DNA of 36,764 nucleotides from Candidatus Daviesbacteria bacterium (GTDB lineage Bacteria; Patescibacteriota; Microgenomatia; Daviesbacterales; UBA10151): NCBI GenBank assembly GCA_030646805.1, contig JAUSKZ010000001.1, positions 1 to 36,764 of the forward strand, read 5' to 3'. Shown piece by piece: positions 34,827 to 36,764 of this stretch (position 1 is its first letter; each line of letters starts with the position of its first letter). The notes under the pieces were generated by a model. It saw only the letters and a program-made list of their open reading frames with translations, ran no database searches and was not told where the DNA came from. The position numbers and the translations under genes were made by a program.

Positions 34827-34865
34827 GTATCCATACATAGTAAAATAAGTGGGGTAGGGTGTCAA
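34825..34865 (-). promoter_or_regulatory. internal promoter and palindromic operator for the TrpR-like gene
   Basis: TTGACA (34865-34860), 17 nt, TACTAT (34842-34837); palindrome ATGTAT-CC-ATACAT (34825-34838). Confidence 0.68.
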
Positions 34866-35845
34866 GAGCTGTGTGTGCCAAAGACTTCCCGGATAATATC
34901 CTCAATCGCCGGCTCTTCAATAGTTAAATCTGCTACTGGAAAATTAGTTAAAAGCTTAGCTGCTCTTTTGGAGGCTTCGCCTCGAGGAACATAAATCTGG
35001 GCGTGTTGGTCTTTATACTCTTTAACCTCACCAATCGAGCCTAGTTTTTTAACATCAATATCCTTTTCAAAATCTACCTCGATTACTTTATGGGGAGAAA
35101 ACTTCTCCACTATCTTTTGAAGCTCCCCATCGTAGTGAATTACTCCTTTATCAATAATCACTACCCTTTTACAAAGCTCTCTAACATCTCCCATATAATG
35201 AGAAGTCAAAATAATGGTAGCTTTAAACTTTAGGTTATAATCTTTGATAAAATCCCGCATCTTTTTTTGAGCAACCACATCCAAACCTATGGTTGGTTCA
35301 TCTAAAAATAAAACCTTCGGCTGATGAAGCAAAGCTGCTATCAACTCAGCTTTCATTCTTTGTCCCAAAGATAGTTTTCTAACCTGAATCTTTAAAAACT
35401 CCTCTGCCTCAAGCATAGCTGAGAGCTCATTAAGTGTACTTTCAAATTGGGAGTCTGAAACTTCATAGATCTCTTTATTTAAAATAAAACTCTCCATGGC
35501 CGGTAAATCCCCCCATAGTTGATTTTTTTGCCCCATCACTAAAGAGAATTGTTTTTGAAACTCAGTTTGTCTTTTGAATGGCTCAAAACCTAAAACTCTA
35601 ACTTCACCAGAGGTTGGATAAAGTAAACCTGAAAGGGTTTTTAAAGTGGTAGTTTTACCAGCTCCGTTTGGGCCGATAAATCCCACCAGCTCCCCTTCAG
35701 CAATTTCAAAAGAGATATTATCTACAGCCTTAACATCAAAATACTCCCGGTGAAATAAGGCTTTAAGAGAACCACCAAGCCCCGGCTCCTTTTTGTGAAC
35801 TTTATAATACTTTTTTAAGTTTTTAACTGTAATGACTGGATCCAT
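34862..35845 (-). CDS. ABC transporter ATP-binding protein
   Basis: GPNGAGKT, LSLGQRM, FLDEPTIGLD, TSH. Confidence 0.95.
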   Translation of the reverse strand: MDPVITVKNLKKYYKVHKKEPGLGGSLKALFHREYFDVKAVDNISFEIAEGELVGFIGPNGAGKTTTLKTLSGLLYPTSGEVRVLGFEPFKRQTEFQKQFSLVMGQKNQLWGDLPAMESFILNKEIYEVSDSQFESTLNELSAMLEAEEFLKIQVRKLSLGQRMKAELIAALLHQPKVLFLDEPTIGLDVVAQKKMRDFIKDYNLKFKATIILTSHYMGDVRELCKRVVIIDKGVIHYDGELQKIVEKFSPHKVIEVDFEKDIDVKKLGSIGEVKEYKDQHAQIYVPRGEASKRAAKLLTNFPVADLTIEEPAIEDIIREVFGTHSS

Positions 35846-35860
35846 AAGTTAAATTGTATC

Positions 35861-36649
35861 TTAAGAGCTAGCTGAGGTATAGTGCCTTAAGGCAAACTTC
35901 CAAAACCTAGTTGATAAGTATAAAAATAAAACAGCAAAAATAACTGATATAAACACCGAAGATGCGGAAATTTTGTGCAAAAAAACTTGAAGCGGTACCG
36001 TTAAAACTACTCCCAGCGGAATAATAAAGGTTAATACAAAAGATACTCCTTTGCCTAAAATATCAGTTGGTATGGATAGTGGCTGAACAATAATGTGGTA
36101 AAGATTTGACAAAGCGCTAACCTGAATCAACCAGATTGCAATTGTGGCTAACATAAAATAGATAGAATAAAGAATTATGATTCCCATTAAAAGCCCAATA
36201 AAGAGAAGTAAAAAATCCAAAATGGAAAAGGTCAAATTTAGTTTGCTGAGAGAATAAATTATCAAGAAAATCCCTGCCGGAGCACTTAAAATTTCATACG
36301 GCTTTGATCTTCTAAAACTTAAATAAAACTGGGAGTTTACCGGACTAACTAAGATCAAGTCTAGATATCCTCCCTTAATTAATTCTGGGATATCATAAAT
36401 TCCTCTTTGGCAAAGAAACATAAAAACAGAAGTAATAATCCTAAATAAACCAGTTAAAAGTAGGACTTCATATTTTGTCCATCCACCAATATTAGAAGTA
36501 AAAGAAAATATAATTTCAATAAAATAAATGGAAACAATTAGCGAAAAAATTCCTCCACTTACCCTCATAAAAACATTGGCTCTATTTTCTAAATATCTCT
36601 TAGACGAGATCGATATTAGAGCAATAAATATTTTAAAATATCTTCTCAT
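35861..36649 (-). CDS. ABC-2 family permease (DUF990-like)
   Basis: Six TM; GYLDLILVSPVN, ALRHYTSASS end. Confidence 0.88.
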   Translation of the reverse strand: MRRYFKIFIALISISSKRYLENRANVFMRVSGGIFSLIVSIYFIEIIFSFTSNIGGWTKYEVLLLTGLFRIITSVFMFLCQRGIYDIPELIKGGYLDLILVSPVNSQFYLSFRRSKPYEILSAPAGIFLIIYSLSKLNLTFSILDFLLLFIGLLMGIIILYSIYFMLATIAIWLIQVSALSNLYHIIVQPLSIPTDILGKGVSFVLTFIIPLGVVLTVPLQVFLHKISASSVFISVIFAVLFLYLSTRFWKFALRHYTSASS

Positions 36650-36764
36650 GATCCGTACCCTTGATATCTCTTTATGCCAAAAGAGTATACAATTTTATAT
36701 AATACTACTGTTATCAATACCCAGATTATCTGAATTGTAAACCCTGTTACTAATTCGGAGCCTG

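Noticed and set aside
34849-34859. CCCTACCCCAC 11-mer shared (inverted) with 2922-2932
   Set aside because: An isolated 11-mer match is unremarkable in a window this size, and the flanks do not align.
2501-36740. Antisense and nested ORFs (e.g. 2501..2734, 11806..12234, 14044..14349, 14593..14892, 15665..16117, 20597..20935, 29895..30278, 10232..10438, 36528..36740)
   Set aside because: They overlap better-supported genes or expression signals on the opposite strand and carry no motifs.

Overview
An AT-rich bacterial chromosomal window whose gene set and style suggest a Patescibacteria/CPR genome, probably Microgenomates (inference: compact genes, archaeal-type AspRS, many Pro/Ser/Thr-rich single-pass membrane proteins). 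It carries housekeeping genes (sod, murA, gltX, aspS, an S11 carboxypeptidase, recJ, a CCA-type enzyme, secD/secF, comM, miaA), RNase P RNA, two-component genes, an ABC-2 exporter cluster and an RHH-PIN toxin-antitoxin pair. Non-coding structure not shown by the ORF track includes four main things. (1) Two divergently oriented, apparently homologous leader-peptide transcription attenuators, one with a Tyr-Phe-Phe-Trp-Phe tract and one Leu/Val-rich, sit in front of small unknown genes rather than biosynthetic operons. (2) Two extra copies of the rnpB 3' end, each interrupted at the same base by a 56-nt hairpin, bracket the toxin-antitoxin cassette. (3) Frame-preserving palindromic insertions lie inside sod (51 nt, nested) and the PIN toxin gene (129 nt). 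(4) There is a ~117-nt candidate structured RNA upstream of sod, and leaderless-type gene starts are widespread. All calls come from reading the sequence; no database searches were run.
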